Assembly (NCBI RefSeq): GCF_024521635.1
Contig: NW_026250413.1
Coordinates: 372,001-436,000 of the forward strand
DNA: 64,000 nucleotides
Direction of reading: 5' to 3'
Origin: Tricharina praecox
Taxonomy: Eukaryota
Part shown: in pieces, positions 28,031 through 40,529 of the stretch
Numbering within the stretch: the first letter of the stretch is position 1
How the letters are laid out: each line of letters opens with the position of its first letter
Notes under the pieces: generated by a model
The model's database searches: none
Seen by the model: the letters and a program-made list of their open reading frames with translations, nothing else
Told to the model about the DNA's origin: nothing
Translations under genes and position numbers: made by a program

Positions 28031-28561
28031 CTTTTCTTCCACACCCATCAAGCCCCCCGGGGCAATCCATTCAATCAACCCAGCGGCCACCGGTACCACA
28101 TCCAACCAGCTCAACCAGCTACCGACACTTCTCACGGCCATCGGGTTTGACCTGCGGGACATGCGGGCGTACGCCGCGGCCGCCACTACCTACGAAGACC
28201 AATGAAGACAATAATCACGATGTCGACTGGCCTCTGGTACGTGGCCCCCGATCCGATGCTGTGTTTCACACACATCGGCGGGGGGTGGGGGGGAAAGGGG
28301 GTGGGAGGGGAATCATTTCCCTTCCCTGCGAGCGGCCGCTCGCCGTCGAGTGATGGCTATAAAGCAATTAACCAACCGTTCCTGCGCCCTTTGCTGGAGG
28401 TGACGGAAGTTATCAGGTATGTAGCACCGATTAGTTACCGCCGAACACGACGAGGGATATGTAACTAATACATTGGGCTCTGTACAGACAGCAGAGCGAG
28501 GAAGCTTCGGGGCGGCAAGGTGGCACGGGTAAATCAACCCGGATGTGAGAGGGGGAGAGAG

Positions 28562-28705
28562 GACCAAAGGAGTTGGTGTTCGGTGGAAAGAATTCCTTCA
28601 GTTCTGCATTTAGTCTTTTAGATCAGCCTCCAAATTGGCGGGTATATATCTCCCATGATCTACTACTGAGGTCGAATGCAATGATGATTAAACAAAAAAA
28701 AACAA
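28562..28705 (+). terminator. Repeated 3'-end/terminator-like module, copy 1 (others at about 30215, 31868, 35190, 38465; partial at 47395 and 48895)
   Basis: GAGTTGGTGTTCGGTGGAAA...TTTTAGATCAGCCTCCAAATTGGCGGGTATATATCTGCCATGATCTACT..GGTCGAATGCAATGATGATTAAACAAAA. It contains a TATATA element and ends in an A-rich tract. The function is inferred. Confidence 0.45.
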
Positions 28706-31700
28706 TGGTACCGTCTTTCTTTGGTCGGGTATATTCTGCATGTATATACCATGAATTATCTACCTCTGTGATCAGCTACCTACTCTACCGTATCTACGTA
28801 CTCGTTCATGATTTTTGTCCATTTGTAGATGGTGACCCTGTTGAGAGAGTGTGCAGTCTGTTTCGTCCCCTTACGTTGGCCGAGTGCTGTTCGATTCTCG
28901 ATAAGAAGCTTGAATATGTGAATATTAATGACAGAGTTGTCCTGCCTTCCACCGCGTGTACTAACTGTGTAGTGAGGGGTGGAGACCGCACGGCTTGCAT
29001 CATCACTCGGGATGAAGCAAGAATGCTACATACCGTACTCCCTACAGATGCCAGAAGGCATACCAAATTTGTACCAAAATCACGGGTGCGGCGAAAGTTA
29101 CAGGCAGCGTGGGCTCAGATATGTGAATGCTAACGACAGAGCCGCCCTGCCTTCCACCCTAGCGTGTACTGGTACCTAATGCCTAGGCGTGTGCGGGGAT
29201 GTGAGGTGCGGGGATGCGGTCTCGATACTGGCCGCGGTCTCAATACTGACCGCACACGCCGCACCACGCCGCACTAGGCCGCCCACACTTTCTGATAAAT
29301 AGCTCCTCTTACTTCCCTCTCCTTCCCCTTCCTCTCTATCCTCTCCTCATCACATACATCTACTTCACTTTCACACTCAACAAACCCCTCGGGGCAATCC
29401 GTTCAATCAACCCAACAACCAGTCCCATGCGGACATAAGCTGCCGCCACCGTCGCCCAGGCCGCCGCGAACCGATGATGTGTTTCATGCACATTGGCGGA
29501 ATCATTTCGACTACGACACTATAAACCAACCGTTCCTGCGCCCTTTGCTGGCGGTAACTGTGAAGTTACCAGGTATGTAGCACCGATTAGTTACCAACAA
29601 ACACGACGAAGGATATGCATCTAATACATTGGGCTCTATACAGACAGCAGAACGAGGAAGCGTGGGGGAGGAAAGGGCTAGGGCCCTGCCAACGGATCGG
29701 AAATCTTCTTGCATCTTTACCAAAATAACATCGACCAGAAGGAGCAACAACGACGGCGAACTGTGGACATGACCCTTGGGGGGCTCGGGGAATAATCCCT
29801 TGGAGCGGGGTTCGGAGTGGGCATCTCTTGATGCCCCTTCCGTCCCATCTCCCCGCCAGATGTCGGCTCTTCTCGCGAATAGTAGCGCTGCTCGCGGTCG
29901 AGCCACGATTACGACCCTTTCGGTCAACCGCTCGTCCGCCCTTTGCTGGCGCTTCCTAGGTATGTAGCACCGCACCGACTACCACCGAACGCGATGAGGG
30001 ACATGCATCTAATACAATGGGTTTCATACAGAGAGCGGAGCATCAGGAGAAAAAAAAATTCCGTTGAGTGCGTGTAGGCGGTGCTGACTTTGGTAACGCT
30101 GGGAACGCCCTCGAGCCATTGCATAGAGTGAATGCCTAGTCATTTCCAGATATGAACGACCAATGGCCAGTCTATTTCGTGTGTGTGTGTGTTGGGGGGG
30201 GGGGGGGTGGTGGAGGACCAAGAGAGTTGGTGTTCGGTGGAAAAAATTTCTTCGGTTCTGCATTTTGTCTTTTAGATCAGCCTCCAAATTGGCGGGTATA
30301 TACCTGCCATGATCTACTAAGGTCGAATGCAATGATGATTAAACAAAACAACAATCCCTTAGATCGTCAAAAATATTTCACCGTGACGGGGGGCGAGTGG
30401 GGGACACAGGGGGTAGTCCAAACTTGGTTACTAGCAAGGGACCGCCCACCAGCCGGCTGAAGGAGGCTGGCCTGTGGTGCGGGCATAGGTGGTGCGGCGG
30501 CGGAGGCGGCGAGGGATCTCTTAGTCGGCCGCACAGTCACCTCACGATACCACTTGACATCGGCCCGACATCATAACCTACACACTAGTTGCCTCCACCC
30601 GCCTGTCTCTCCACCCCCCCGTGCCGTAGCTCAACGCGGTGGAAACAATCAAATGGATAGGGCTCTAGCCGCCTCTTGCAGTAATATGCTCTGACCAGCC
30701 CGATCAGCCCCGAAAGGTCACTACCGACTATTCGGTTGCCGATCGCGCTGTCAGACTGTCAGCCTGCAGTAGCTCTCTGACTGGGTTCATTTCGGTTTTG
30801 AGAGGCTGAGGAGTTTGAACTTTGAAGGCAAAGCGTCTGTTGTGCTGGCTAGTGGTCCGCTTTACTTGTCTATAGAAGTCCTAATGAGATATTCGTGGAT
30901 ATTATAGTTGTCCTGAAGGCTGAAGTTGCCAGTTGCCGGTGGTCGCCATGCCTTTCACTCTGACGTGTACTAGTGTTTAGTTCCTCGGCGTGTGCGGGAT
31001 GCGGAGATGCCGGGATGCCGGGATGCGGTCTCAGTACTGGCTGCGGTCTCAATACTGACCGCACCACGCCGCACTAGGCCGCCCCCGCTTTCTTATAAAT
31101 ATCTCCTCTTCTCCCGTCTCCTCTCCATTCCTCTCTCTCCTTCCCTCATCACATACATCAAGCTCAACAACAACTATCGATAAATGCCTCCGGGCAATCT
31201 GTTAAATCAACCCAACCGCCAGCCCCATGCGGGCATAAGCCGCCGCCGCCGTCGCCCCGGCCGCGAACCGATGATGTGTTTCACGCACATCGGCGGAATC
31301 ATTTCGACTACGATACTATCAACCAATCGCTCCTGCGCCCTTTGCTGGCGGTAACTGTGAAGTTACCAGGTATGTAGCACCGACTATGTAACTACCACCG
31401 AGCGAGACGAGGGACATGCATCTAATTTAATCGGCTCCGTATAGACAGCGGAATGAGGAAGTGTCGGCGAGGCAAGGGCTAGGGCCCTGCCAACGGATCG
31501 GAGATCTTTCTCCATCTGTACCAAAATAACATTGACCAGAAAGAGCAATAAGTGGGGTGACTTGGGGGTGTTTGACCCTGGGGGGCGAGGGGTGGGGGCG
31601 GGGGAATAATCCCTTGAGCGGGGTTCGGAGTGAGCATCTTTTGTTGCCCCCCGTGGCCAGCAATCAACCGCTCGTCCGGCCTTTGCGGGCGGTAACCAGG

Positions 31701-32940
31701 TATGTAGCACCGGCTACCACCGAACGCGATGAGAGACATGAATCTAATACATTGGGTCCCATACAGATAGCGGAAGGAGGAAACGTCGGAGAGGCAAGGG
31801 AAAGGCGAAGGTGATGACCTTGTGTGGAGTCTGGAGACGGCGCAGGCATGAGAAAATGATTCCTTGAGTTCTGCGTTTGGTCTTTTAGATCAGCCTCCAA
31901 ATTGGCGGGTATATATCTGCCATGATCTACTAGGTCGAATGCAATGATGATTAAACAAAACAAAAACAATGGTACCGTCTTTCTTTAGTCGGAGTCTGTT
32001 CTGCGTGTATATACCATAAATTCTCTGCCTCTGATCAGCTGCCTACCCTAACGTACCTGTTTTCTGTACTCGTTCATGATTCTTATTTGTTTGTAGATGG
32101 TGACCCTGCTGAGAGAGTACATATATTGTCTGTTGATGGTCGCTTCCAGACTTCCAGTGCCCGTGTGGTGACTGCGCACTCCGCATCATAACTATGTAAG
32201 CCTCTTGGTAGTAGCCCATGGACTTTGTGACCATTCCAGTGGAAGACCGGGTAGTGTGGTGCTTCCGCTTTATCCAGGAGAGTATTGCCGTCTCCACTGA
32301 GTCCTGACCGATCCGATTAGCCCCAGAAGGTCACGGTTCACCTTTCGTTTGCCGATCGCACTGCCAGCCTCGCCTGGTTTCCTTTCGGAAGGCTGAAGGG
32401 TTGGAAGGCGAAGCGTCTGTACCGGCTGTTGGGCTGGGCTGTGGCCGGCTATACTTATAGCCTAGTAGTCCCGACTCCAGCGATGGGCAATGCGGCATCC
32501 CTAGATATCATGGTTGTCGTGACTCCCGCCGTTATCGGAGGTTGTCCTGGCTTCCGCTGTCGCCGTACCAACCACCTCGAGCTCGACGTAACTTACGTTC
32601 CGTCTGGTGGGTCCATCTGCCTACAAATAGTCTGCGATTCGCCACCGTATACATAGAACCCGCTTAGGTACCTGCCCTGCCACAGCACTGAGCGCTCTTG
32701 GCTACATATCTAAGTACCTGTGTCTGGTGCAGTGTCACGCCGATGGGGACATATGTTTTGTCCCCTTCCGTTACATACCAGAGTGCTTTTATATTCTTGG
32801 TAAGAATTCTAATGATAGGGTCGCCCTGTCTTCCACCACGGTGTGTAGTTCTTGGGCGTGAGCGGGGCTGCGAGTAATCTTAGATTCACTAATCGGTCGG
32901 ATACCTAGAGGAAGCGGATGGGCCTCGGGCGAGTACCCAA

Positions 32941-33576
32941 AGGGTCCTCAAAATTCTGGAATGGCGGTTGGTTGGACTTTAGCGTCATTCCGGTAGTGCA
33001 AAAAATGGAACCAATCAAAAGGCTCATAACCAGCGTTCAATTTGAGGGACCGGTTGGGCGACTGGTTGAGAGATAGTTGGATGGAATGATCATTCTGGAC
33101 GTCCGCCCTTACAGACAACATTCCACACGCATTCAGACAATAGTTACCCCCAATACAAATATTTACTCAGAATAAGGTGAGAAAATGCGCAGATTTACCA
33201 GGTTGTTGTAATCTATCACGAATGACAGATAGATCTTTTGCGAAAGGGTCTGTATCATCGTTACGGTCGAAAATTAAGTTTATAATTTGTAATCCTCATA
33301 CATTTGTGTTGATCGTTTGAAGCCTGTATTTTTTTCCGTGATCCATGGGGCATAATGTCGGAGGGGCATGATGTCGGAGGTTTGATAGTATCCGAAGTAC
33401 AAAAGTTTCTCAAGTTACCGTAGCAACGAGTGTTCGAGCACTTCATTCCTGGCCTATCCCTATAACGGCACAAGAGGTTACGTCAGCCAATCACACTGCT
33501 TTTGCACCACACCTCCGTCCCCGTTTAGGCACGCTAAAGTGCCACCAATTGCCCTTCCGCGAATTTCGAGGACCCT
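32941..33576. mobile_element. Non-autonomous TIR element (MITE-like), about 636 bp
   Basis: Left end AGGGTCCTCAAAATTCTGGAATGGCGGTTGGTTGGACTTTAGCGT versus reverse complement of the right end AGGGTCCTCGAAATTCGCGGAAGGGCAATTGGTGGCACTTTAGCGT. The TSD is unclear. Confidence 0.7.
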
Positions 33577-34419
33577 CATACTACATACTCCGTCGACCTG
33601 TGTGATTATCTGCCCTTCAGGCAGGAAGGATCGCTCTCCTCGCACACTGGCGGAGGTTATGTTTCAGTCTTGCAGGTATGCATAGGCTTTTTTTGTGGCC
33701 GATTACCTTGGGCGCCTTTTTGCGGTCGATCACCATGGGGCCATTGCTGTGTTTGGGAAAGCTGGTATCGTTTCTAGACAGCAGTGGTATCATACATAGG
33801 CATGAAAATTTGTATGGAATCACACTCTCTACACGACGTTGGACCGCACCAGTGATTCACTCTATGTGGGCATGGCGTCGTGACTCGGGATGAAGCAAGA
33901 AAGCTACATACCGTACTCCCTACAGATTCCGGAATGCATACCTTATTTGTGCCAAAATCACGAGTGCGGCGATACTTGTTACAAGCAGCGTGGGCTCGGA
34001 TATGTGATTACATACTAACGACAGAGTTGCCTTGCCTTCCACCCTAGCGTGTACTGGTGCCTATATATTTCCTCGGCGTGCGCGGGGATGCAGCGATGCG
34101 GGGATGCGGGCTCAACACCGCCCGCACTAGGCCGCACCTAGCCCGCCATTTCCACATAAATAGCTCCTCTCTCTCCTCTCTCTCTCTTTCTCTCCCCATC
34201 ACATACATCATCCTCAACATCAACACTCGATAAAACCCGCTTTCAAATCAAAGGCTCATCTCTCCCCTCTTCACTCTTTCTCCTCACCTCACCACCAACC
34301 CTCGACAAACCCCTTGGTGGGTCGTCTTACGCCGCCACCAGGAATGTGGTACCGCTCGGGCGGAATTATTTCCCCCCAGTAGTAGGGTGCCGGTGGCGGC
34401 GGTGGCGGCTAACCGCTGC

Positions 34420-34615
34420 CTTCATATTCGAGGCTCGGTATCGATTGATGATTCAACGGGCGTGGGAAGGCGACAAACCGTTCGGAATGGTGCTTCCCAA
34501 CTTCGTTAGCAACGCAGCAGGAGACGCGAGATCAAGAAGTGGGGTTACCGGGATGATTACCTCGTCGAACGAGTCGACGATTTCCCTCTTGCCAACGAGG
34601 AAGCATTCGAACAGT
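34420..34615 (+). pseudogene. Captured fragment of a LON substrate-binding-domain gene (LONRF-type RING/LON protein), copy in unit 4
   Basis: FIFEARYRLMIQRAWEGDKPFGMVLPN, then after a deletion IKKWGYRDDYL..VERVDDFPLANEEAFE. This matches the family pattern LHIFEPRYRLMIRR...FGMV...GY..GK.ER.DD. Confidence 0.8.
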
Positions 34616-34641
34616 CATGCCTAGGAATTTCCCAGGGACAT

Positions 34642-34885
34642 CCGTGACGTTGGCGAGATCACTGAGCTCTCCGGATGCGACTACCTCTCCATCTCCCCCA
34701 ACCTCCTCGAGGAGCTCTTCAACAGTACGTCGACAACGAGGCTGAGTTCCGCTTCGACCTCAATGAGGACCAGATGGCCACCGAGAAGCTTAGCCAGGGT
34801 ATCCGTGGTTTCGCTGGTGAGTGATCTCTCTGCCCCTCCTCACACGTACACTACTAACACTTACCCAGCCGACGCCATCACCCTC
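34642..34885 (+). pseudogene. TAL1: Captured C-terminal fragment of transaldolase including an intron (34817-34868)
   Basis: RDVGEITELSGCDYLSISPNLLEELFNS / YVDNEAEFRFDLNEDQMATEKLSQGIRGFA-[GTGAGT..CTAAC..CAG]-ADAITL, the classic eukaryotic transaldolase C-terminal sequence. Confidence 0.92.
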
Positions 34886-35858
34886 CGAACCCCCTCCCCC
34901 CCCCCCCCCCCCCCCCCCCCCGCCCGGCGACTAGCCGGGCATGGCACAAATCGTGCCATTGGGCGGAATTATTTTCCCCCGGGGGCGGAGGCGGCCGAGA
35001 TCATTGATGGTCCGTTCCTCCGCCCTTTGCTAGCGGTGACAGGTTACCAGGTATGTAGCACTGATCAACTACCACCAAAGGGGACGAGGGATGGAAATGT
35101 ATCTAATACGTTGGGCTCCATACAGACAGCGAAACGCGGAAGCGTCGGGGTGGCAAGGGTAAATCATGGGTGTGAGAGGGTGGGAGGAGGACCAAAAGAG
35201 TTGGTGTTCGGTGGAAAAAATTCCTTCAATTCTGTGTTCTTTTAGATCAGTCTACAAGTTGGCGGATATATACTCATGTAATCCGCCATGATCTACTATG
35301 GCCGAATGCAATGATGATAAAACAAACACAAAAAAAGGTACCGCCTCTCTTTGGTCGGGTTCTGCATTTATATACCATAAATTCTCCGCCTCTGTGATTA
35401 CATTAGAGTTGCCTATCAGCGGAAGTAGTAGTTGCGGCGGGAGAGTGAAGCAGTTACGGCGGAAGAAGGAGCTATATGAGCGATGAGCATCAGCGAGAGT
35501 AGCAATTGCGGCGGGAGGGGGAACAGCAGTTGCATCGGCAGTAGCAGTAGTAGTTGCGGCGAGAATAGTAGATGTGGTGAAGAAGCATGAGTACAGAATT
35601 GAGGCCCATTGGTAGAGGTGGAGGTATGAGGAGAAGAGACGAGACTTGACAACTGCAACTTTAAAGCGATATTCAACAGATGCTATTCTTATCCGGGCGG
35701 GCGTGAAACTACAGCTTCATCGCTGTCTCTGTTCCAGACGATGGCAGCTAGTGCCACAGATCCTCCATCCCATCGTTTGCCTGGTTAGATCTGGTTGACA
35801 GACCATTGACAAACGTTTGGGTTGCTGAAACGTGACGACAACTGTGGAAAAATGCTAA

Positions 35859-36449
35859 GGCCCAATTTGGTTCGCAGCTGCAGTTTAGAAATGTGCATTT
35901 TGGCGAGTTGAAGGTTGCCCAAGCTGCAGTTCCAAACTCTCAACTTCCCTGATGACCGTTCGGCAACCCAGATGTTCGACAGCACCACCCTTTTTTCTCT
36001 GACTTCGGGGCTAGTTACGCCAGAAAACCATAACTACATAAATAGCTTTTTACAGCGGCGACGTGGCCCTTCCTGTCACTTAGGGAATTTCCCCTCATAT
36101 CTCACAACAGCGGCTCCTCCTCTGCGCCGTACCAGCAAGTAACCCCTCCTATCCACAGTCGCAGCGGAGGAACCATAGGAGGTGGCCGGTGTCGGACATC
36201 TTACATAGGCGTAATGAAGGGGGACTATGGCTGGGTCGACTACAGGGCGATGCTGGCATGTACTACTGGTGATTGTCCATAGAGTTTATTTGTACTTACT
36301 GTGGCTCAGTCGACAATCTGCAGTTTCTCGAGTTGTCAACTTGGGGTGGTGTGTCAAACAGGCACCCATTCGGGGAAGTTGACGGTTCGAAACTGCAGCT
36401 CACTTTTTGTGTGGTAGATTCAAACTGCAGCTGCGAACCAAACTGGGCC
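35859..36449. mobile_element. PIF/Harbinger (Tourist-like) MITE, about 591 bp, nested in a larger insertion (about 35400-36570)
   Basis: TIR GGCCCAATTTGGTTCGCAGCTGCAGTTT versus GGCCCAGTTTGGTTCGCAGCTGCAGTTT (27/28 match), flanked by TAA and TTA. Confidence 0.8.
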
Positions 36450-37670
36450 TTAGATGCAACAGTTGCGCAATAGTTGCGCAATACCGCGGGGCCGCTTGTG
36501 AAATCTAATGATCGCGCAATCATTTTCTTACACACCGCTCACGTTTAAAAACCCCCCCTTTTTTTACAAGGGTACCTACTATACCGTATCTACCGTACTC
36601 GTTCATGATTTTGTGTGTAGACGGTGACCCTGCTGAGAGGGTGTGCAGCGAAGTCCGTTTCACCCCCTTCTGTTGCCCGAGTGCTTTTCGATTCTCTATA
36701 AGAAACTTGAATATGTGAATATTAATGAGAGAGTTGCCCTGCCTTCCACCCCGACGTGTACCTACTATAGTGGGGGGGGAGACCGCACTATTTCATAGAA
36801 CATCACTCGGAGCTTATGGTGTCTGTCGTCCGCGGAATCCGGATGGGAGTATCACACGTACCATTCCGTTGGCCTGTGTTATTATCTCAGATGCCTTTCA
36901 GCCGGAAAGGATCGCTCTTCTGAGTCTTCATACAGCGGAGGAGGTTGCGTTTCGGTCTTGTATGCATAGGCTCTTTTTGTGGTCGATTACTATGGGCCCG
37001 CCGCCCTTCGATGTGTTTAATCCCTATCATCTACGGACCTTCTGTGTAAGATGGGAAGATGGGAATGAATTCTTGTATGTAGGAAGTATGTATGGCATCA
37101 CATTTTCTTCACGATGTTGGACCACACCAGCGACTCACTTTACGTATGGCGTCGGGACTCGGGATGAAGTCGAAATCGATAGTGATAGGCAGCGTGAGCT
37201 CGGATGTGATTACTCACGATAGAGTCGCCCTTCGCGCCACCCTAGCGTGTACCGGTGCCTATGCACTTCTTCAGCGTGTGCGGGGATGCGGGATGCGGGG
37301 ATGCGGGCTAAACCCGCCCGCACTAGGCCGCACTAGGCCGCCCCACTTTTTTATAAATAGCTCCTCTCTCTCCTCTCTTCTCCCTTCATCTCTCTCCTCT
37401 CCTCATCAAATACATCATCCTCAACATCAACACTCGATAAAACCCGCTTTCAAATCAAAGGCTCCTCTCTCTCCCATTTTCACTCTTTCTCCCTCACCTC
37501 ACCACCAACCCTCGACAAACCCCTTGGTGGGTCGTCTTACGCCGCCACCAGGAATATGGTACCGCTCGGGTGGAATTATTTCCACCCGAGTAGTAGGGTG
37601 CCGGTGGCGGCGTTGGCGGCAGATAACCGCTGCTCTGCCCTTTGCTGGCGGTCACTAGGTATGTAGCACC

Positions 37671-37998
37671 ACACCGACGACCATGCTTTTCATATTCGAG
37701 GCTCGGTATCGATTGCTGATTCAACAGTTCGGAATGGTGCTTCCAAACTTCGTTAGCAACGGGGTAGGAGACGCGGAGGGGACTCCATTCATGGAGTATG
37801 GAACGATGCTGCAGATCGAATCCATATAAGTTTATGCGGACGGTCGCAGCCATATCTGGACGGTCGGCGTGTCCAAATTCAAGATCAAGAAGTGGGGTTA
37901 CCGGGATGATTACCTCATCGCTAAAGTCGAACGAGTCGACGATTTCCCTCTTGCCAACGAGGAAGCATTCGAACAGTCATGCCTAGGAATTTCCCAGG
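37671..37998 (+). pseudogene. Captured LON substrate-binding-domain fragment, copy in unit 5
   Basis: TPTTMLFIFEARYRLLIQ..FGMVLPN...PFMEYGTMLQIESI..ADGRSHIWTVGVSKFKIKKWGYRDDYLIAKVERVDDFPLANEEAFE, with frame disruptions. Confidence 0.85.
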
Positions 37999-38001
37999 GA
38001 C

Positions 38002-38132
38002 ATCCGCAACGTTGGCGAGATCATTGAGCTCTCCGTGCCCAAGAAGTTGTCGTCCGAGGATGCCACAAACCTTGACCTCGAGAAGCTCAGCTACGTCGAC
38101 AACGAGGCCGAGTTCTGCTTCGCCCTCAATGA
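38002..38132 (+). pseudogene. TAL1: Captured transaldolase fragment, copy in unit 5
   Basis: RNVGEIIELS / VPKKLSSEDATNLDLEKLSYVDNEAEFCFALNE. Confidence 0.88.
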
Positions 38133-38427
38133 ACCCAGCCCCAAGCGGGCATACGCCGCCGCCAGAGGGGGTCGTGGACATCACCATGACCGAACCGTTC
38201 GGGCGGGATTATTTCCCCCCCGCGTAGTAGGGTTGCGGCGGCGGCGGTGGTTACTAACCGCTGCTCCGCCCTTTGCTGGCGGTTACCAGGTATGTAGCAC
38301 CGCAGCGACTACCACTGAACGCGATGAGGGACATGAATCTAATATATTGAGTTCCATATAGCAGAAGAAAGATGAAGCTTCGGGGCGGCCAGGGTGGCAC
38401 GGGTAAATCAACCATGTGTGTGTGTGT

Positions 38428-38461
<34 letters not shown>

Positions 38462-40529
38462 GGAGGACCAAGAGAGTTGGTGTTCGGTGGAAAAAATTTC
38501 TTCGGTTCTGCATTTTGTCTTTTAGATCAGCCTCCAAATTGGCGGGTATATATCTGCCATGATCTACTACCTAGGTCGAATGCAATGATGATTAAACAAA
38601 AACAAAAAAGATACCGCGTTTCTTTGGTCGGGTTCTACATGTACAAGGTATGTATATACCAGAATTCATCTGCCTATGTGATCAGGTAGGTACTTTACCG
38701 CATTTACCTTACTCGTTCATGATTTTGTTTGTAGATGGTGACCCTGCTAAGAGTGAGTTTGCTGTCTATTGGTGGCCGCTTCCGGTGCCTGTGTGGTGAC
38801 TGCGCACTCGGTATCACCGGCCTCTTGGTTTAGTAGTAGCCCATGTGGACTTTGTCACTTTGCGACCTTTCTATAGTGGTGGGAGCCGTTTTGCCACATG
38901 TCCGCACATCTGATCGCTCCAGGGTTCAGCTTCCGTCCAAAACCCGCTGGTGAACATTAGTGGTCCTGGGGGATGGAGGGCTGGAGGGCTGGAGGGCTGG
39001 AGGGCTTCGGCTTCTGCGCGGGTGTTAGCTTTTTACTCTTTGCCCATGAGGAGACCGTGCAGTCTATAATGCTGCTTCCGCTTTATATAGATTTAGTATG
39101 AACGTTCGCTGGCGGCAGAATCCCCACGGCCGCATACATACCGCCGTCCTCTGACCAGCCCGATCAGTCCCGGAATAGGATGGTCAAAATACCTAGTATT
39201 TGTCGTATTGGACATCCACCTCGACGTGACTGTCAAGAGAAGGGGTATCATGCCATCCCGTTTACCTCGGTAATTGTCTGCCTTTCGGCATGGAATGATC
39301 GTTCTTCTCGCACAGCGGCGGAGGCTTCATTTCGGCCTTGTATGCATAGGCATTTCTTGTGGCCGATTACCATGAGCGCTTTTTTATGGCCGATTAGCGT
39401 GGGCCCGCCGCACTTTGATGTGTTTAATCCCTATCATCTACAGACCTTGTGCGTGTTTGAGTCGTAACCTACGGGTATTTTCTTTCATGTGTTTGAGAAA
39501 GTTGATATCGTTTCTCGATAGCAGCCAGTGGTATCATACGTTACGGTACATAAGAAGATGGGAATGATTGAAATTTGTATGGACTGCATCACATTTTCTC
39601 CACGAAGTTGGGCCTCGTCGGCGATTCATTCTATGTACGTAAGGCGTCGGAGTGAAGCAAGAAAGCTACATACTCCCCACAGAGGGCACACCTACCTAAG
39701 CATCAAAATGACGAGTGTGGCGATAGTTACAGGCAGCGTGAATTCGGATATGTGATTACTAATGACTGAGTTGTTCTGCCTTCCATTCCGGCGTGTACTA
39801 GTTAGTGCCTAGTTCCTCGGCGTGTGCGGCGATGTGGGCATGCGGGGGTGCGGTCTCAATACTGGCCGCGGTCTCAGTCCTGGCCGCGGTCTCAGTTCTG
39901 CCCGTGGTCTCAGTCCTGCCCGCACCACGCCGCACTAGGCCACCCACATTTTCTTTTAAATAGCTCCTCTCTCCCCTCCCTTCTCTCTCTATCCTCTCTC
40001 TCTCCTCACCATCAACATCAACACCCGACAAACCCCTCGGTAGGCATCCAACTCAATCTCAACGAACCCAGCGCCATGCGGGCATACGCCGCCGCCGCCG
40101 CGGCACGACACGATGATGTCGCCAACATTTTTTCCCTTCGATCGCCGGTGCCGCGCAACCCCACCGGCATCAGCCCTACTACCGAGCCGTGGAGTGCGAT
40201 TAGCGATGCCATCAAGGCTGGCGGCTACTTCCCATTGTTCGACATGGGCGTAGGTACCAAGGTTTCGCTTCGGGCGATGCCAACACCGATGCATATGCGC
40301 AGCCGCGCTGCATTGCCTAATCGAGCAGGGGTACCACGTTGCCCTTTGCTAATCGTTCGCCAAGAGCATGGTATGTCCTCTAACTACCCGGTAATCGTGC
40401 GAAATGTCTATGCTAATAAGATGATATGCTGCAGGGTCTACACAGTGAGTGTGTAAGCGCCGTTTAAATCCTCGCCGAATTCGCCGAGGAGGAAGAGACG
40501 AAGCGCGCGGACTCTGAGGATCAAGATCC

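Noticed and set aside
34642-38132. Functional transaldolase or LON-domain genes
   Set aside because: Only internal or C-terminal pieces with deletions and frameshifts are present, and the catalytic N-terminal part of transaldolase is absent.
27895-39912. Repeated GGTCTC (BsaI) sites as a sign of synthetic DNA
   Set aside because: They sit inside a naturally diverged 18-bp VNTR with substitutions between copies, and there is no vector sequence.
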